NCBI RefSeq assembly: GCF_016433145.1
Contig: NC_058131.1
Span: 557,251,395 to 557,315,394 of the forward strand
Length of the DNA stretch: 64,000 nt
Source: Gracilinanus agilis
Lineage: Eukaryota
Direction of reading: 5' to 3'
The position numbers were made by a program, and so were the translations under genes. Below, one piece after another: positions 1-13,800 of this stretch (positions are counted from its first letter, which is position 1; the number at the start of each line of letters is the position of its first letter). The notes beneath the pieces are model-generated. The model saw only the letters and a program-made list of their open reading frames with translations, did no database searches and was not told where the DNA came from.

Positions 1-1230
1 CTTTTGTGAGTAGGCCATGGCCAGGAAACAGGAGACAAAATGGAGGCGGCAATTTTGAATGCTTACAAGCGCGTGGTCTAATGATTTTATCTATCAACAT
101 GGCTTTAATTAAAATACTAATTTATATATTTATACAAGCATCTATCATTTTTAATATTAATAGGGGCTAGAAAAGCTGAAGGCACAAAAACCCAAGTGGA
201 GAGGCTGGGGGTGGGAGGTGGCTAGACAAGCGGCTAAATGAGGCTTGAAAACCCATGTGGAGGAGGGGTGCATAGAAGCTCTCCTCTGTTAAAAGTCCTT
301 AATGTCTAAGAGGAAACACACCTAGGCTTCCCTTTAGGAGGCTAATTATTGTCTAAGAGGAAACACACCCAGAGCAGCTAAGTAAGGACTGTTCTCAATG
401 AGAAAGAGGTGGGGTTATACTTTCCAAGCTCCAAGCAGCAGCAGCAGCAGCTCCAGGCACTGTGATGGATTGGGAATTTTGGGAAGAGAAGCTCTGGGTC
501 CAGGGAGGGTCAGGCGGGCAGCTGGCAATGGAAAAGTCAGCAGCAGCATTGAGCCCAGGGAGGGTCAGGCTAGAGGGGCTGGCACTGGCGTCCAAGAAGA
601 TCATGAATGGCAGACAGGAATACGCTGCTGGAGCTATCAGCAAAAGCATGGCTTTGGGTAGCAAAATAACGTTCCCCTTTCCCCTAAAAGTCACTCCAAG
701 TAACTGAGCAAGATGGCCAAAAATAAAAACACAAAAATGACAAATACAGGTCCAAAGCTCCGGAAAAAATTTGGAATTCTCTCAGAGTTCTGCCTATGGG
801 GGAGGTGAAAAGAAAAAGCAAAAACACAAAGCTGGCAGAAGTAGGTCAGCCATGGCAGAAACATGGCTTGTTAGGCCATCTGAAAAAAATGAGAGTTCTT
901 TTCCAAACTTCAACTGGTTGTCATCAATATAAAAAAATAAAATGAATATAAAAGGATAGATTTAAAAATATTATGGTTTTAAAAGATTTATTGGTAGCTA
1001 TTAGAAAAATGAAGCCACGAGCCATGTTGAGTCAGTTTAAAAGATGCGTGCCCTTGCCTCCTCTCCCCCATCCTGGATCAGCTCCAAGCCACCAAAGAGA
1101 GCATGCCAATCCAGCCACTCAGTCTTTATCCTTCTGTCTACGTTATTACATAACTGTCTTATGTCACCCCGCAAGACAGGAAGCCAGTGAGCTCATGGGA
1201 AATGTAGTTTCAAAGACTCCTAAACTTCCA
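1..1230 (-). mobile_element. Probable degraded LTR retroelement (LTR plus leader/gag-like part)
   Basis: Segment ~880-1230 has a minus-strand AATAAA and a TG terminus. Pro/Ser-rich minus ORF remnant and internal 20-bp direct repeat (303-322, 350-369). Family not identified. Confidence 0.35.
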
Positions 1231-1289
1231 CAGGAAATTTAGATCAGAGAGCTCAAAATTTCAATAACACAGTCCCAAATAGATCTTAA

Positions 1290-1760
1290 AAAGAGAGGAA
1301 AGAAGCTATTTATGGAAAAATGTTTATAACAGCACTTTTTGTGGTGGCAAAGAATTAGAAATTGAGGGAATGTCCATCAATTGGGAAATGGCTGAACAGG
1401 TTCTGGCATATGACTGTATTTGAATATTACTGTCTTATAAGAAATTATGTGAAGGATTATTTAAGAAAGACCTAGAAAGACTTACATGAACCGATGCAAA
1501 ATCAAATGAGAACAGTGTACACAGTAACAGCAATAGAATGTGACGAACATTTATGAACAACTTAGCTATTCCCAAGAAAATCCTTAATTACACATGATGA
1601 AAACTGTCATCTGCCTTCAGAAAGAGCTTATGGAGTCTGAATGCAGACTGAGACATACGATATTTCACTTTATTTCTTCACTTTTCTTTCATTGGTTGGA
1701 GTTTTCTTTCACAAAAGGACTAATAAGGAAAGCTGTTTTACACTATTACACCTATAATAT
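1290..1760 (+). mobile_element. LINE-1 3' fragment (ORF2 end and 3'UTR)
   Basis: Typical L1 ORF2 terminal sequence (acagcactttttgtggtggcaaagaatt...tgtccatcaattggg). Confidence 0.7.
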
Positions 1761-2035
1761 CTAACAGATTGCTTGCTATCATGGTGTGTAATTAGAATTT
1801 TTGTACCCCCAGACTCCATTTCCCAGAATCTCACTTTCCTCCTCACATTACATCCTTACGTTTTGGAGATAAAGTTTCTGTAACCCCACCTCTGGCTCTC
1901 TTTTTCCATTAACATGATTGGGAAAACTTCCCTTTACTCAGGCTTTTACTTTTGTCTTTTTTATTTCCTCTACTTCAAGTGATTATTAATAAATCTTATA
2001 AAATACAATACTTGGAATTATTGGATATTAATTTT

Positions 2036-2240
2036 TTTTGTTTGTTTTTGTTTTTGTTTTTGTTTTTTTTAATTTTAAACCCTTAACTTCTGTGTATTGA
2101 CTTATAGGTGGAAGATTGGCAAGGGTAGGCAATGGGGGTCAAGTGACTTGCCCAGGGTCACACAGCTGGGAAGTGTCTGAGGCCGGATTTGAACCTAGGA
2201 CCTCCTGTCTCCAAGCCTGGCTTTCAATCCAGCTGCCCCT
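2036..2240 (-). mobile_element. Young opossum-type tRNA-derived SINE with TSD
   Basis: Head ggggcagctg, A-rich tail, TSD ggatattaatttt at 2023-2035 and 2241-2253. Confidence 0.9.
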
Positions 2241-2352
2241 GGATATTAATTTTAATCTTACATTTTTTGGAGAGCCACTATAGAAGATAGAATCCTTGAA
2301 TTTTTTTAAGAAAGACTTTGAAAAAAGGATAGGGAGCAGATAAATTTTGCTC

Positions 2353-2513
2353 CTATGGTAGCTTCTGGACTGCAGAAGAGGTGGGAAGTGGCTTTTCGAA
2401 GTGCTGGGTTTTTGTTTTTTTTTTCTGTTTTTTGCTGATTGCCCACCCTGGGGCTCCTGACCAAAAAGGATAAGCCACTTCCCACCTCTTCTGCAGTCCA
2501 GAAGCTACCATAG
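2353..2513. repeat. Perfect 42-bp inverted repeat with 77-nt spacer
   Basis: 2353-2394 (ctatggtagcttctggactgcagaagaggtgggaagtggctt) is the exact reverse complement of 2472-2513. Confidence 0.95.
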
Positions 2514-3369
2514 TCCTCACCTGATTGCCCAAGGGTTGGAGAGCCATTTAGAAGCAACTTGTTTTTTCTGTGTGGAGGGTGAGGTATAAATCCCCTTCCC
2601 TCCCCACCACCATGTGAGTCTCAAGCCTATGCTAGCTGCTTTTCAGCAGGGGAACACAGTGTGGAGTGGCCAATCCACACTATCCACCCCAATTCCAGCT
2701 TGAATAACCCAGGGAGGCTTCCATGCTCCTGGCTGTGGGGGTGGGGACTGAGGTATCATGTGACCCCTGGTGTTTTTACCCCTAGTGGAAAAGGGAAGGA
2801 AAGTTACTCTTCCAAACCTCTTAACTTTAGCCAGTACATACTAGGGTAGTGCCACCTACAGACAGGAAGTAGAATTGCAATCATGGCCCACTCTGAAAGA
2901 GCAATGCATTATAGCTTTAGTATGTCTTTTCTTACTACCATTCATGGGTGTACTGCTTGAATACTTTGCAGTTGATTGAGTAATCTCCAGAGTCAGAGGG
3001 GAGATTCATCTCCCTATCCCTTTTGCCATTTTGGCCTGCCCAGTTTCTGCAACACATCCAATATGGAGTTTGTCCACACTATGCTCAGTGCAGGTATGGG
3101 GAATCCCAGAGGTGTGACCAAAGGAATCTAGATGGATGATGATACTTGGGAGGGGAAGTGAACCTTAAAGAATCTGGAGGTGAATTTTAAGCCTTTTCAT
3201 ACCCCATTGCTTTATTGATGTTAACTGTTTCAGTTTGTTCCCCTTCAAATAATGAAGAAGTCTCTGTAATACAGTTATCAGAATTGGAGAAAAGGACTCT
3301 TGGATTGATTGCTCACATCCTGTCACATATATTATATTTGCTGATTGTTTGTTTTAAGATTTAATTTTG

Positions 3370-3568
3370 AGGGGCAGCTGGGTAGCTCAGTGGATTGAGA
3401 GCCAGGCCTAGAGACAGGAGGTCCTAGGTTCAAATCCAGCCTCAGAGACTTCCCAGCTGTGTGACCCTGGGCAAGTCACTTGACCCCCATTGCCTACCCT
3501 TACCACTCTTCCACCTATAAGTCAATACACAGAAGTTAAGGGTTTAAAATGAAAAAAAAAGAAAAAAA
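3370..3568 (+). mobile_element. Young opossum-type SINE with TSD
   Basis: Full head with A/B boxes, poly-A tail, TSD aagatttaattttg at 3356-3369 and 3569-3582. Confidence 0.92.
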
Positions 3569-4484
3569 AAGATTTAATTTTGTTTTTTAAGTTCACATAT
3601 TAATCTAATCTAATATCTTCTGTTATACTGTCATTTTTAGCTACTGTGTTTTGGCCATTAGCTATATGTTCTGTTACATTGTCTTTATTTGTACCTCCCC
3701 CTATGACTGGACTGGAGAAAATACCATTATAAAGGTCCATAAACAAGTTGGATAAACCCTTTTCTGTAGCAAAACCATAGGTCCTTATAGATTTGTCACC
3801 ATATCCATTAGGATCACATGTTGCCTAAACAGCCTTTTGTTCCTTTTTGCCTTTGTTAATTGTCACATAGATGATGATGGATGCACTCCATCAAACTGGT
3901 TACAACCTGTGGAGAATTTAATGACCTAAAATTTTAAATTGATTTTAAGGGATCTTCAGAAGTGATTTTTCAGGACATCTAGTAGCACCATTACTTCTGA
4001 CTGATCATTTGCCTACCTTTGACTTGTGTGTAACAAGAGGTAAGGGTCCATTTAGTATCTGAAGTGAAATGCAATAGCACTATTGTATTCCCCACCTCTG
4101 CATTTATTAAAAATGTAATGAATGAGACATCGGAAGTGATTCTTACTTTTGTAGTCCTTGCCTCCACATTGCAATGGATTGGACATATAAAGACATGCTC
4201 TTTATGACTGTTACAGTCTTATACCAGAGGAGGAAGGTCTCCCAAGAAGCTTGGTTACCCCACGATGGGTTATAATCTCCTCCGGAAGGTGGGAAGGTTT
4301 TCCCAGGGGACTTTGTAACCCCTAGATGGGTTTTTATATTTGTACTCTTTAGCTTACTCTACCCTTCCACCAGAATGATCTAGATTTAGACCCAAGAGGT
4401 TTTCATCAGCAGTTCAGAGGTTTTTCTGATTTCTCCTGCCACATTTTGGAATGATGGCCATAAGTGTTAGAAATATCTTTTCCA

Positions 4485-4694
4485 TGGGGGCAGCTGGGTA
4501 GCTCAGTGGATTGAGAGTCAGGCCTAGAGATGGGAGGTCCTAGGTTCAAATCTGACCTCAGACACTTCCCAGCTGTGTGACCCTGGGCAAGTCACTTGAC
4601 CCCCATTGCCTACCCTTACCACTCTTCTGCCTTGGAGCCAATACACAGTATTGACTTCAAGACGGAAGGTAAGGGTTTAAAAAATAAAAAAAAA
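4485..4694 (+). mobile_element. Opossum-type SINE with 16-bp TSD
   Basis: TSD agaaatatcttttcca at 4469-4484 and 4695-4710. Confidence 0.92.
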
Positions 4695-5029
4695 AGAAAT
4701 ATCTTTTCCAAGATTGAAAGATTAGCTAGATCTGGAGAACTTTTGACAAGTATCCATGAGCTTCAAAGGTTTGGTTTTTTTTTTAAATGTCACACAGCAA
4801 CTCATGTGAATCCTAATGATAATGGGTTTGTTTGCTATTGTCATTAACTAGGTTCTTGTGATTTGGGGGATTTTGGTACTTCTTTGAATGTGCATTAGCT
4901 GTACTACTGTTTTAAAAAGCTGTTACTTGGTGAAAATCATGCGCATTCACACTGTGGATCATGGCCAAGTTAAAAAGGAAATGGATCTCATTTTTGGGTG
5001 AGAAACTTTTGTATTCTGTTAGCCCTATA

Positions 5030-5880
5030 GTTGTCTCTTCAGGCTCTTACCTTATAACTCTCCTCCCTTTGAAGGCCAAATTCCTAAAAAATTGGTCTAT
5101 TCTTGTTGTCTCCATTTTCTCATTTCTCAAATCTTTGTAGTCTGACTTCTGATTCTACCATTTTGCTGGAAATTGCTTTCTTCAAAATTATCAATGATCT
5201 CTGCTGATAAGTTCAAGGGTCCTTTCTTAGTTCTTTACTTGATCTCTCTTTGACTTTTGACTCTAGATCAACTATCCTCTCTTCCTTTCTATGATGCTAT
5301 ACTCTTTTGGTGTATTTAACTGGTCCTTGGTGTTCTTTGCTGTATCACCATTCATATTCTACCCATGAGGACCTGATGCCCCTCAAATATGTGATAGAGT
5401 TAATTAGGTAAGAATAACAGGATTGCTATGAAGCAGTGTTAAGGCCCAATTAAGGACGGAAATGTGGACTGAAGTCATAAGACTGAATGAAATGGATCAA
5501 GAGCCAGTCCTGGATTCTATTCTCTTTCTCTTTCCTTCTATAATCTCTGCCTCTTTAACATTTGACAGTGTTGATTATATTCTTTTCTTGAAATATTCTT
5601 CACCCCTGGTCTCTCAAACAATATGTTATTCTGGATTGTCTTCCTTTCCAACTGCTTCTTTTCAGTCTTCTCTTCCTACTTTTGCTTCTTATCTGTGGGT
5701 TATTGCCAAGATTTTATCTTTAGAATTCTCTGCTCTTATCTCTTATATTCTCCCTTGGAAGATTTTCTTTGTTCAACTTTCACCTTATTAACAATAACAA
5801 CTAAATCTACATCTCAAGACTTAACCTGGAACCTGAACTTCAGCATACTTTCAACAGGTTGCATTTCCAGCATGTTTTTC
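5030..5880 (+). mobile_element. LINE-2 fragments
   Basis: Pyrimidine-rich L2 ORF2-like sequence (atcaatgatctc...cttgatctctct; ctacatctc...cctggaacct). Confidence 0.55.
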
Positions 5881-6024
5881 TTTTTCAATGAGAAGGTGGT
5901 GAAAGAAATAGGGAGGGACAGGAACTAACAATTGCTGTTTTGACCTTCAGTCCTGTCCAACACTTGGAGACTCCATTTGGAGTTTTCTTGACAAAGATAC
6001 TAGAATGGTTTGCTATAGGGTTGT

Positions 6025-6055
<31 letters not shown>

Positions 6056-6109
6056 AAAGGGGGGCATTAAAGCATTTTTTAAATGTCTAGAAAAGAACAA
6101 AAGAAAGGA

Positions 6110-6295
6110 GAGAAGGAAACACCAACAAGATGCATTCGAAAGTTATATGGTGACTTTATTACATATTTAAAAGGAAAAGCATGTTGTACATAATAGATTT
6201 GCAGTTTCATGTACAATCCACTTTTTAAAAATTCTACTTCATTATGGAAATGCTTGATTTATTTCTTATGTGCAGAATAAAAAAAGAAAAATGAA
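6110..6295 (+). mobile_element. Old LINE-1 3' tail fragment
   Basis: Marsupial L1-like 3'UTR ending in aataaaaaaag. Confidence 0.45.
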
Positions 6296-6759
6296 GGCAT
6301 ATCTCTGGAGCACCTTTGAAATAACTATTTGCCTTTGACTAACTGGATGAGTATCTTGGCCCCTTTCTCTTTCCCCTCTCAGAAAATAGATATCAGGAAA
6401 ATTTCAGGGAAAAGGACTAAAGGGGGGACTCCCATGCATCTCTCATGAACTCCAAATGATCCTTCTATCCACCTGTTACAAACCCAGCCAAGGAGTCTTA
6501 AGTGAAAAATGTTTCTTTCTACTTACCTCACAATCTATCACAGAATCTGGGCATGATGCCAGTTTAGATTATTTAGCGCATCTTCCATCCTCTAAACCCC
6601 AACTTCCACTGTAGGTTCTTCTAATTTCATCTTTGCCTTACTTTCCCCTAACATGATCTCCCTGTCCAGCCCCTGCTCCCCCTCCTCCTGATACATATAC
6701 ATTTACTTCTATCAGTAACTATTCTGAAGTTCATTCTTGGACTTTGACTCTTCATAGAA

Positions 6760-6930
6760 TCATAAATGTAAAGCCAGAAGGCATTTTAGAGATCTTCTCA
6801 TTTTGTAAATGAGAAAACTAATGATCAGAAATGTTAAGTGATTTGCTCAAAGTCACACAGTTAGTAAGTATCAGAGTCAGGATTTGAAGCCAGGATATCC
6901 TGACTCCAAATCCAGCACTCTATCCACTGC
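6760..6930 (-). mobile_element. MIR/CORE-SINE fragment
   Basis: Core motif ttttgtaaatgagaaaact...agtcacacag...ggatttgaa. Similar fragments lie near 10850, 11050, 11290, 18430, 33780, 47180, 47570 and 59640. Confidence 0.65.
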
Positions 6931-7469
6931 CCAGTATGGCTTTACATCTTAACACTCCTAGTCAAGAGCTGTTCTGCTTGAAACCTCAACCTTGTTGGAA
7001 CCTAGAAGTGCCCAAGAGGGAAAATTAATGGTTGAGATATGGAAACACAACACTGAGCCTAAGGGTCAATTTAAGGAATGACCTGGTCTGGTCAGGACGA
7101 TATAGACAGCTTGAGGCATGGACAATCAAAAAAGGGAATTATCTAGCAAGGTGAAGGGGAAAGAAGAAGAGAAAAGCTTCTTTGTAGCCCCTTTCCAACT
7201 TTCATCAAATTTTCCTCCCAATTCTTTCTAATCCTTCCCCAGGCTACATTTATTGCCCTCACAAACCCACACAACTCCCTTAAAATTGTAGATGTTGATT
7301 CCTTTATCTATAAAATGAGGATCTCTAAATTCCCTTCTAGTTCTAAATCTTAGGAATATAAGATGCCATGGCCTGTGCCATACATCAGCCTATTGGTAGG
7401 TCATAAGCCTTGATGGAGTTGTCCAAAGTTCCTTTTCCCCTCACTTAGATGTTCTTTACCACCTTTCCT

Positions 7470-7672
7470 CAGGGGTTCTTAACCTGGGGTTCCAGAACTC
7501 CATTTAAAAAAATATTTTGATAATTGCATTTCAATATAATTGGTTTCCTTTATATTCCTATGTATTTTATATTGTATACAGTAAATTAAAAATATTATTC
7601 TTAGAAGGGGTCCACAGGTGTCATCAGACTGCCAAAGGGATTCATGACACAAAAAACCATTAAGAACCCCTA
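7470..7672. mobile_element. Old hAT/Charlie-type MITE
   Basis: TIRs caggggttcttaac ... attaagaaccccta (12/14 match), AT-rich interior. Confidence 0.7.
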
Positions 7673-7860
7673 ATATAAATAAAGGCTTTCCTCCTCCTCA
7701 TCTGACCTATTAGTTTTCTTCCCTCAAGTGTTTTTCTTCTCTTCCCCCACATCCTTACTCTCTACATGCTGTTTGTCCATTTTTTCTTCTTGTTGTTCCA
7801 CTCCTTTCTCTGCCCCACTAGGGATTAAAGTCTGAGCTAAGTCAGCTCCTGGGTTTGCAG

Positions 7861-10800
7861 CTACACAGGAGATAGACGAAGGACACAGGCAGACATCTCA
7901 GCTCGAGGCCGGGGCAAGGTTCCCAGGCAAAGCCAGCGGCCTAGGCCAGGGCAGTAGGCATGGATTAGGTGGGAGAGAGCATATGTTTGATGGCTATAGC
8001 CCCCCAAAACTAATATCTCCCCTTGAAGAGAGACTCCAGCAGCTCCCACATGAGGGGAGGGCAAAGGTTCCAGGCCCATCCATGTATCAGTCCTCGGTTC
8101 ATAGGTCTCAAAACTCAGCAGGTCCCCAGTCTCACCCAGACCTCCTGCTACGTAGAGACGTCCACCCAGTGCCACCATGATATGACCTGCCCGAGGGGTC
8201 TTCATGGGACTCAACAAGGTCCATGATGGCTTACGAGTAGGGCTGTAGTTAAAAAGAGAGGCCAGGTATTGACCAGTCTCATTGCAGCCTCCACTCACAT
8301 AGACCTGACCATCCAACACAGAGGCAGCATGTGCAAAGCAAGGTGTGGGGAGAGGTGGTGATGTCCTGTAGGAAGAATAAAGGACCATCTCAGTGGAGAA
8401 GGGCAGCTGATGTGCTCAACTTCCTGATGATATCTGGGCCTCCTTTTCCCTGCCTAATGGTAGGCCCTTCTAGCCCCCCTCATGCTTTTGACCATCTTGG
8501 GTCAGTTAAATGTTATGGATGTGGGTCATCTGGGCATCCCATTATTCCCAACAGAGACAGAAAGCACAAAGAACAGAACAAGAAGATTCTTGCTCAGGAA
8601 GGGATTGGGCTAGATAACCTCTGAGTTCTCTTACAACTCTGAGATTCTATAGGTCTAAGAACTGAGAAGACAGTTTCCTATCTGTGCATTTTGACAGTAA
8701 AGTAATAAAAGACCATTTTTGTGTGGGCATGAAGTGGCTGTAGTTTTAGGAGAGGCCTGGCTCCTCTCCATCACCAATCTCTTTGGAACATAGTGGGCAT
8801 TTAATAAAAGTTTGCTGCTTGCTCTCCCCTCTTTTGCTCACCTCCAGGCATCAAGCTTGGGATCGTAGGCCTCCACCGAATCCAAGGCCGCCCCTTTATC
8901 TCTCCCACCCAAGGCATAAAGATTTCCATCATGAGCCACCAGTGGGAAGAAGCATCGTGCCTGACCCATTGGAGCCAACTCTTCCCACTTACCTTGGCCA
9001 GGTGCCCACCTATGAACACACACAGGAAAGAGAGATGGTTAGACTTAGCTCTGGTACTTACATACTTATAGGCTGCTCTTGAAAGTCTTGCCTTCCCTCC
9101 TTGAGTTTTGCCCTCCAGATCTGGCACCCAACAGATTTTTGGTACTTTGTTGCTTTCAACTTCACCCAAAAAGGCCTCCCATGGAAATCCTCTGCCAGGC
9201 AGGTATAGCTAGAGGATGGAGAACTTTGGGGATATCTGGCTACTGCCACGAGGTTTCTACCTGGCAGAAGTAGCCCCAGTAGACAGGGTAAGACAACGAG
9301 GTACCAAAGACTGCACTGTGCCCCCACTTCCTCTCCTCTCCCATACCTGAGGACTGAAGCCAAGGTGTCTGAGTGGCTGTAGTAATGCTGCCCTCCACAC
9401 ACGTAGAGTTCATTCCCAGTGAGACTGGCAGCACCATGCCGGAAGCGCCCGGGAGGGGGCAAGGCAGGTAGCTTACCCCATTCCACCGTGTGGACCAGCC
9501 CCACGCCGCTGCAGAAGGCCCGTGCCCACCACACGCCTCGGGAGGGCTGACTCTGAGCTAAGTCGGGCGTGAGCCCATCCCCGCCAACCACCACCAGTGC
9601 CCGGGCGGGCTCCCGCCTCCTTTCTCGGCCTGGCACCTCTGCCTCTACCAGAATCTGATGCAGCAAGGATGAGGGCAGAGGCAGGGGCAGTCCGGCAGCT
9701 CTCACTCGCCGCAGCTCCCGGGTGGACATGCGACCAAAACGGACACAGCGAAGCAGAGGCTCGGCTTCAGGCTCTCTGCCAGTGGGATCTGCTGCCAACC
9801 ATCGCCATACAGCCTCGAAGGCCTCGAACTCTTGCTGTATGTGCAGCTCATCACTGGCCAGGAGGTTGAGCAGGCAGGGAGCAGGCAGGTCTGGGAAGGT
9901 AGGGCAGGAGGCCACGGCAGGCAGATGGGTGAGGAGGTAGTAGTGGGCTTTGTCCCAGAGTCTCTCCAGTCCTGGGACTTCGGCCACAGGAAGCAAGGCT
10001 AAGCATCGGAGAGGGCTGAGGCCCCGAGCCAAGGCTCTCTGGCACAGGGCCAAGCAGGAGCCGCTCTGGTACTGCAGGGCAGTCTGAGTAGCCCTCAGGA
10101 GGCCTGTCCAGTTTGTTTGCAGGGCCCCCGAGTAGGCAAAGGAGACGAGGAGCTGTAGGTCTGGGGCAGTGACTGTACGCAGAACAACAGCTGAGCCCTG
10201 GGATTCCCGCATCCCACTCAAAAGCATCGCCCCGAAGAACTCGCTCCCACAGACCAGAGCCACGCGGTGAACTGTGGGTACAGGAAATTTGGAAGGACAT
10301 GGAGTCAGAACAGATGCCAGGCCCCACCCTGACCCTGACAGCTTTACCTGTTTTCAGCACCTGCCTTTTATACTGTCTACTACAGCTATCCCAGGCCAGC
10401 TACAGAGTCTAATCTGTCACTTGGAACAGAACGTTATTCTTTTTTATATTTAATATAATTTCTCACTGACAGTAATTGCTACAAGGTCCAGGAGATGTGG
10501 CTGAAAAGACTCAGATAAGACCAACAACTCTGCCCACTCCTTGCACCTTGTGAAGATGGCTCTTTGCTTGGTAGCTGGTGCTGCCGTCACCCTAGGGCCT
10601 CTAGCTATTTTGCTTAGTTCTGCAATCAAACCTTTGTTTGGCACGTTGCCTGCCTCCTGGGGATTGATTGCTACACTCCAGGCTCATCTGTCTGCCTGTC
10701 TCTCTGGTTGCCCAAAAGTGCAGAGGGAGAAAACATGGCTCGAACTTCTGCTTTGGTGCAGATTAATAATAGAATTTTTATATCAAGTAGTCTTTAGTTT

Positions 10801-13800
10801 GAAGTGCTTTCAGATACCTTACCTTATGTGATCCTCACATCAGTGACAGATAATAAGATTACCATTTTTCAGATGAGAAAACTCAAAAATCAGAAAAATT
10901 TTCCTAGCTAACAATGGACAAGGTCAGGGTTAGAACTCTGGTCTCTTGACTCCAAATCCAATTCTATTTGTACAATTATACACTGGTTCTCCTTCTCCAA
11001 TGCCATTTCTTCCATCTGCCTAACTAGTAGTGTATAGGCTAGCATGTTAGAGCTGACTCAGAAGAGACCCTGATTTGAATCGCATCTCCAACACTTAGTA
11101 GCTGTGTGACCCTGGGCAGGTCATTTAATGTCTCTGAGCTTCAGCTTCCTCCTCTGTAAAATGGGTATAATATTGTATTCTACTACCTCTCCCTAAAGGT
11201 GAAGAAAATGCTTTGTGAGCTATACTGCTCTAGAATAGTGCTTTGAGTTCAAATAATGCATTGATCCTCACAATAACCTGAGTAGGGTAGGCTTTGTTAT
11301 TATTCCCATTCCCTGAGTCTGAAAAGAATTGATTGACTCACCCAGGATCCCATAGTTACTGCATATCTCAAGAAGGATTTGAACTCAGGTCTTCTTAACT
11401 CTAGGTCCTGAGCTCTATCCACTACAAACCCATAATTTCCTCACTGGCTATTGTTAATAGAGACCATCTTAGTTCATTTCCCATCTCTTCTTCTCTCCCA
11501 TTCTGAAAATGAAGAAACTGAGGTTTAGATTAAGTAAGTAGGTACGGCCAAGTTCAAGAAATGATATAGTATTTGAGCAAGTTTCCTTTGGGTTTGACAT
11601 ACAGCAGCTTCTTGGGTAGTGTGCCAGTATCTTTTCTGCATTCATTAAAACTGTTTGCAGTGAGCATTACTTCAATGCCAGTAAGTCTGTCCCATTCCAG
11701 GACCTCACTGCTGATAATCCTGTCCTATTCAGTTGGATTCATGAGACACGCTGCTGAAACTGCTCAGGGAATCAAATGGGACTTAGACCTATTGCAGGTG
11801 CTAGGAACACAGCCACACAGATTCAGTAGATCTTAGTAACTTTGAGGGCTGGCTCTTTCCTTTTGTCACTGGCCTTTAATGCTTTGGTACAGCACCTTAC
11901 ATCTACTGGGCACTTAATTATTGGATCAGACTGCAATACCATTGCTTTAAAGACCACTATATTACACAGATGTAGCTCACCTACAATTTTCTTCTGAAAG
12001 CCGTGGAATATAATGAAAAGCGGCAGACTGGCCACCAGAAAACCTGAGTTCTTGGTTTGTCTTGGTTCTGCCATTAAGTCTTTGCATGGTTCTAAGCCCC
12101 TAAATTGCCTTTTCCTTAAGAACCTCCGTTTTCTCACTTGGAAAATAAATTTGAACTAGATGATGTCTAAGACCCTTTCTACCTCTCAGTTCTATTACTT
12201 TGGATCCTGGCACCAGATTTTTTGGTCCTTTGGAACCTGGACCAAGCATTAAGGGCCAGGGACAAATGAAAGATCCAGCTTTCAAGATCTACCGAGGCCT
12301 GGGTGGCTGTGTTTCTGGTATTGGCCATAGCTATAAGTGTCACATCTGACTTGAGTCAGCAGCATTCCTCTCCTTGGCTGAACAGAAAAAAAATTAATTC
12401 ACATTTGACTTGTTTTGCCACTGGCTCCACTGGTAATAAGGAATGAGTCAGAAAGACTGTCATCTTGATTGCCAGGGCATTTTGGAATAAGAGCTTTAGG
12501 CTCATAGTAAACTGAATTCAAAGAAGGACAACCTACTTAGCAAATGTGAGATACCAGGTCTGCCAATGGGTGTCAAGCATATTTGTGTCAATTGATATTC
12601 ACTTGTTCCTTCCACTAGTACTGTGTCCCACCAGAGCATGGTCAGACCAACGAGGACAAGGTCTTGGGTTTATCCCCAATTGGCTGCTACTTGTATCTCC
12701 TGCCACAGATTGTACTAATAACTCCAGCCAGCTGTCCTGTAAATGAATATTGTTTATTTCAAGAGAGGACAGGGTTAGAGAGAGTGCAGGGTCAGTGTAA
12801 ATCTATCACCACTATGGGAAAAACAACTCAAAGCACATGTTCTATTTGACAGTAAATCCTGTGCTGCTTACCTTCATACATGGAGAGCACAAGGAATTTA
12901 TAAATAGACAAAAAGTCCATAATACCCTTGCAATTCATTTGCATCCAAGTTCCACTTTAATCCTTTTAATTTAGGAACTTTTTTTTAGGATTGAGAGCCA
13001 AGAGGGAGGTCCTCAGTTCAAATTTTGACTTTAGCCACTAGCTGTGTGACCCTGGGTAAATCACTTAACCCTCATTGCTTAGCCTTTATCCCTCTTGTTG
13101 ACTCTAAGATGGAACTCTGTAGGTAACTATCCTTGCCTCTCCTCATTTTTGCCTCATCTACCTCCCTCTCTCTCTCTGCCCACTTACCCTTCAGGTGGCA
13201 GTCCTCTGCTTCCAGATCCAGGTCACAGCCAATACCCTCATGATAGAGCTGCTTGATGCTACCCAGGTTCTCTCTCAACTCCTCGGCCTTATCTGGTCCC
13301 TGCTGCTCCTTGTCTCCTTGATTCTGGTCCAGACTCCTTACAGCAGCAGCTGCTACCCGAGGAGACCCCAGTACCTCCGCCGCGGCCAGTACATCCTCCA
13401 ACTTGGCGGGACCTACTACCCCCTCATAGGCGAAGGTCAGCACAGCCTCCCAGCCCTGGCGGGCTATATCGAGCTGTACGGGGGGCCGTGGGCCCCCATT
13501 CCCCATCAGGCGGGAGCGAAAGAGGCTGCTGACTGAAGCCAAGACCACCCCATGCACCGCGTACCTTCGACCCTGCACTAATATCTCTTCATCTAGCAGC
13601 AGGCTCAAGTCCCGAAGCCTTCGAGCTTCTGCAAAGAATTGAGCTGGGTGCTCATCACTCACTAGCATCTCCAGTTCCCCTTCATTCTTCTCCTCTTCCT
13701 CCTCCAGGGACAACGAGGGAGAAGGAAGATCCTCCGGGACTGAGGCCGGGTGGCCCGGTTCTTCCAGAGGGAAGGCGAGTAGACCCGAGTCCTCGTCTGG

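Larger units (their letters stand above)
1785..4900 (+). mobile_element. LTR (~1785-2262) followed by degraded ERV-like internal sequence, interrupted by three SINEs
   Basis: TG...CA termini, AATAAA near 1989, PBS-like tttgg immediately after the LTR end. The internal region is too decayed to translate. Confidence 0.4.

Noticed and set aside
303-369. 20-bp direct repeat pair (also a 22-bp pair at 45063/45125)
   Set aside because: Only two copies each, simple local duplications. Not a CRISPR-like array; this is eukaryotic DNA.
9058-10263. Taking the 401-aa ORF as the whole KLHL33
   Set aside because: It is one internal exon (9347-10271) running into intron. The GTG start and the C-terminal tail are artefacts.
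11570-12900. Unique-looking sequence with splice-like motifs in the KLHL33 intron
   Set aside because: No translation I can recognise, and the flanking KLHL33 exons already join in frame.
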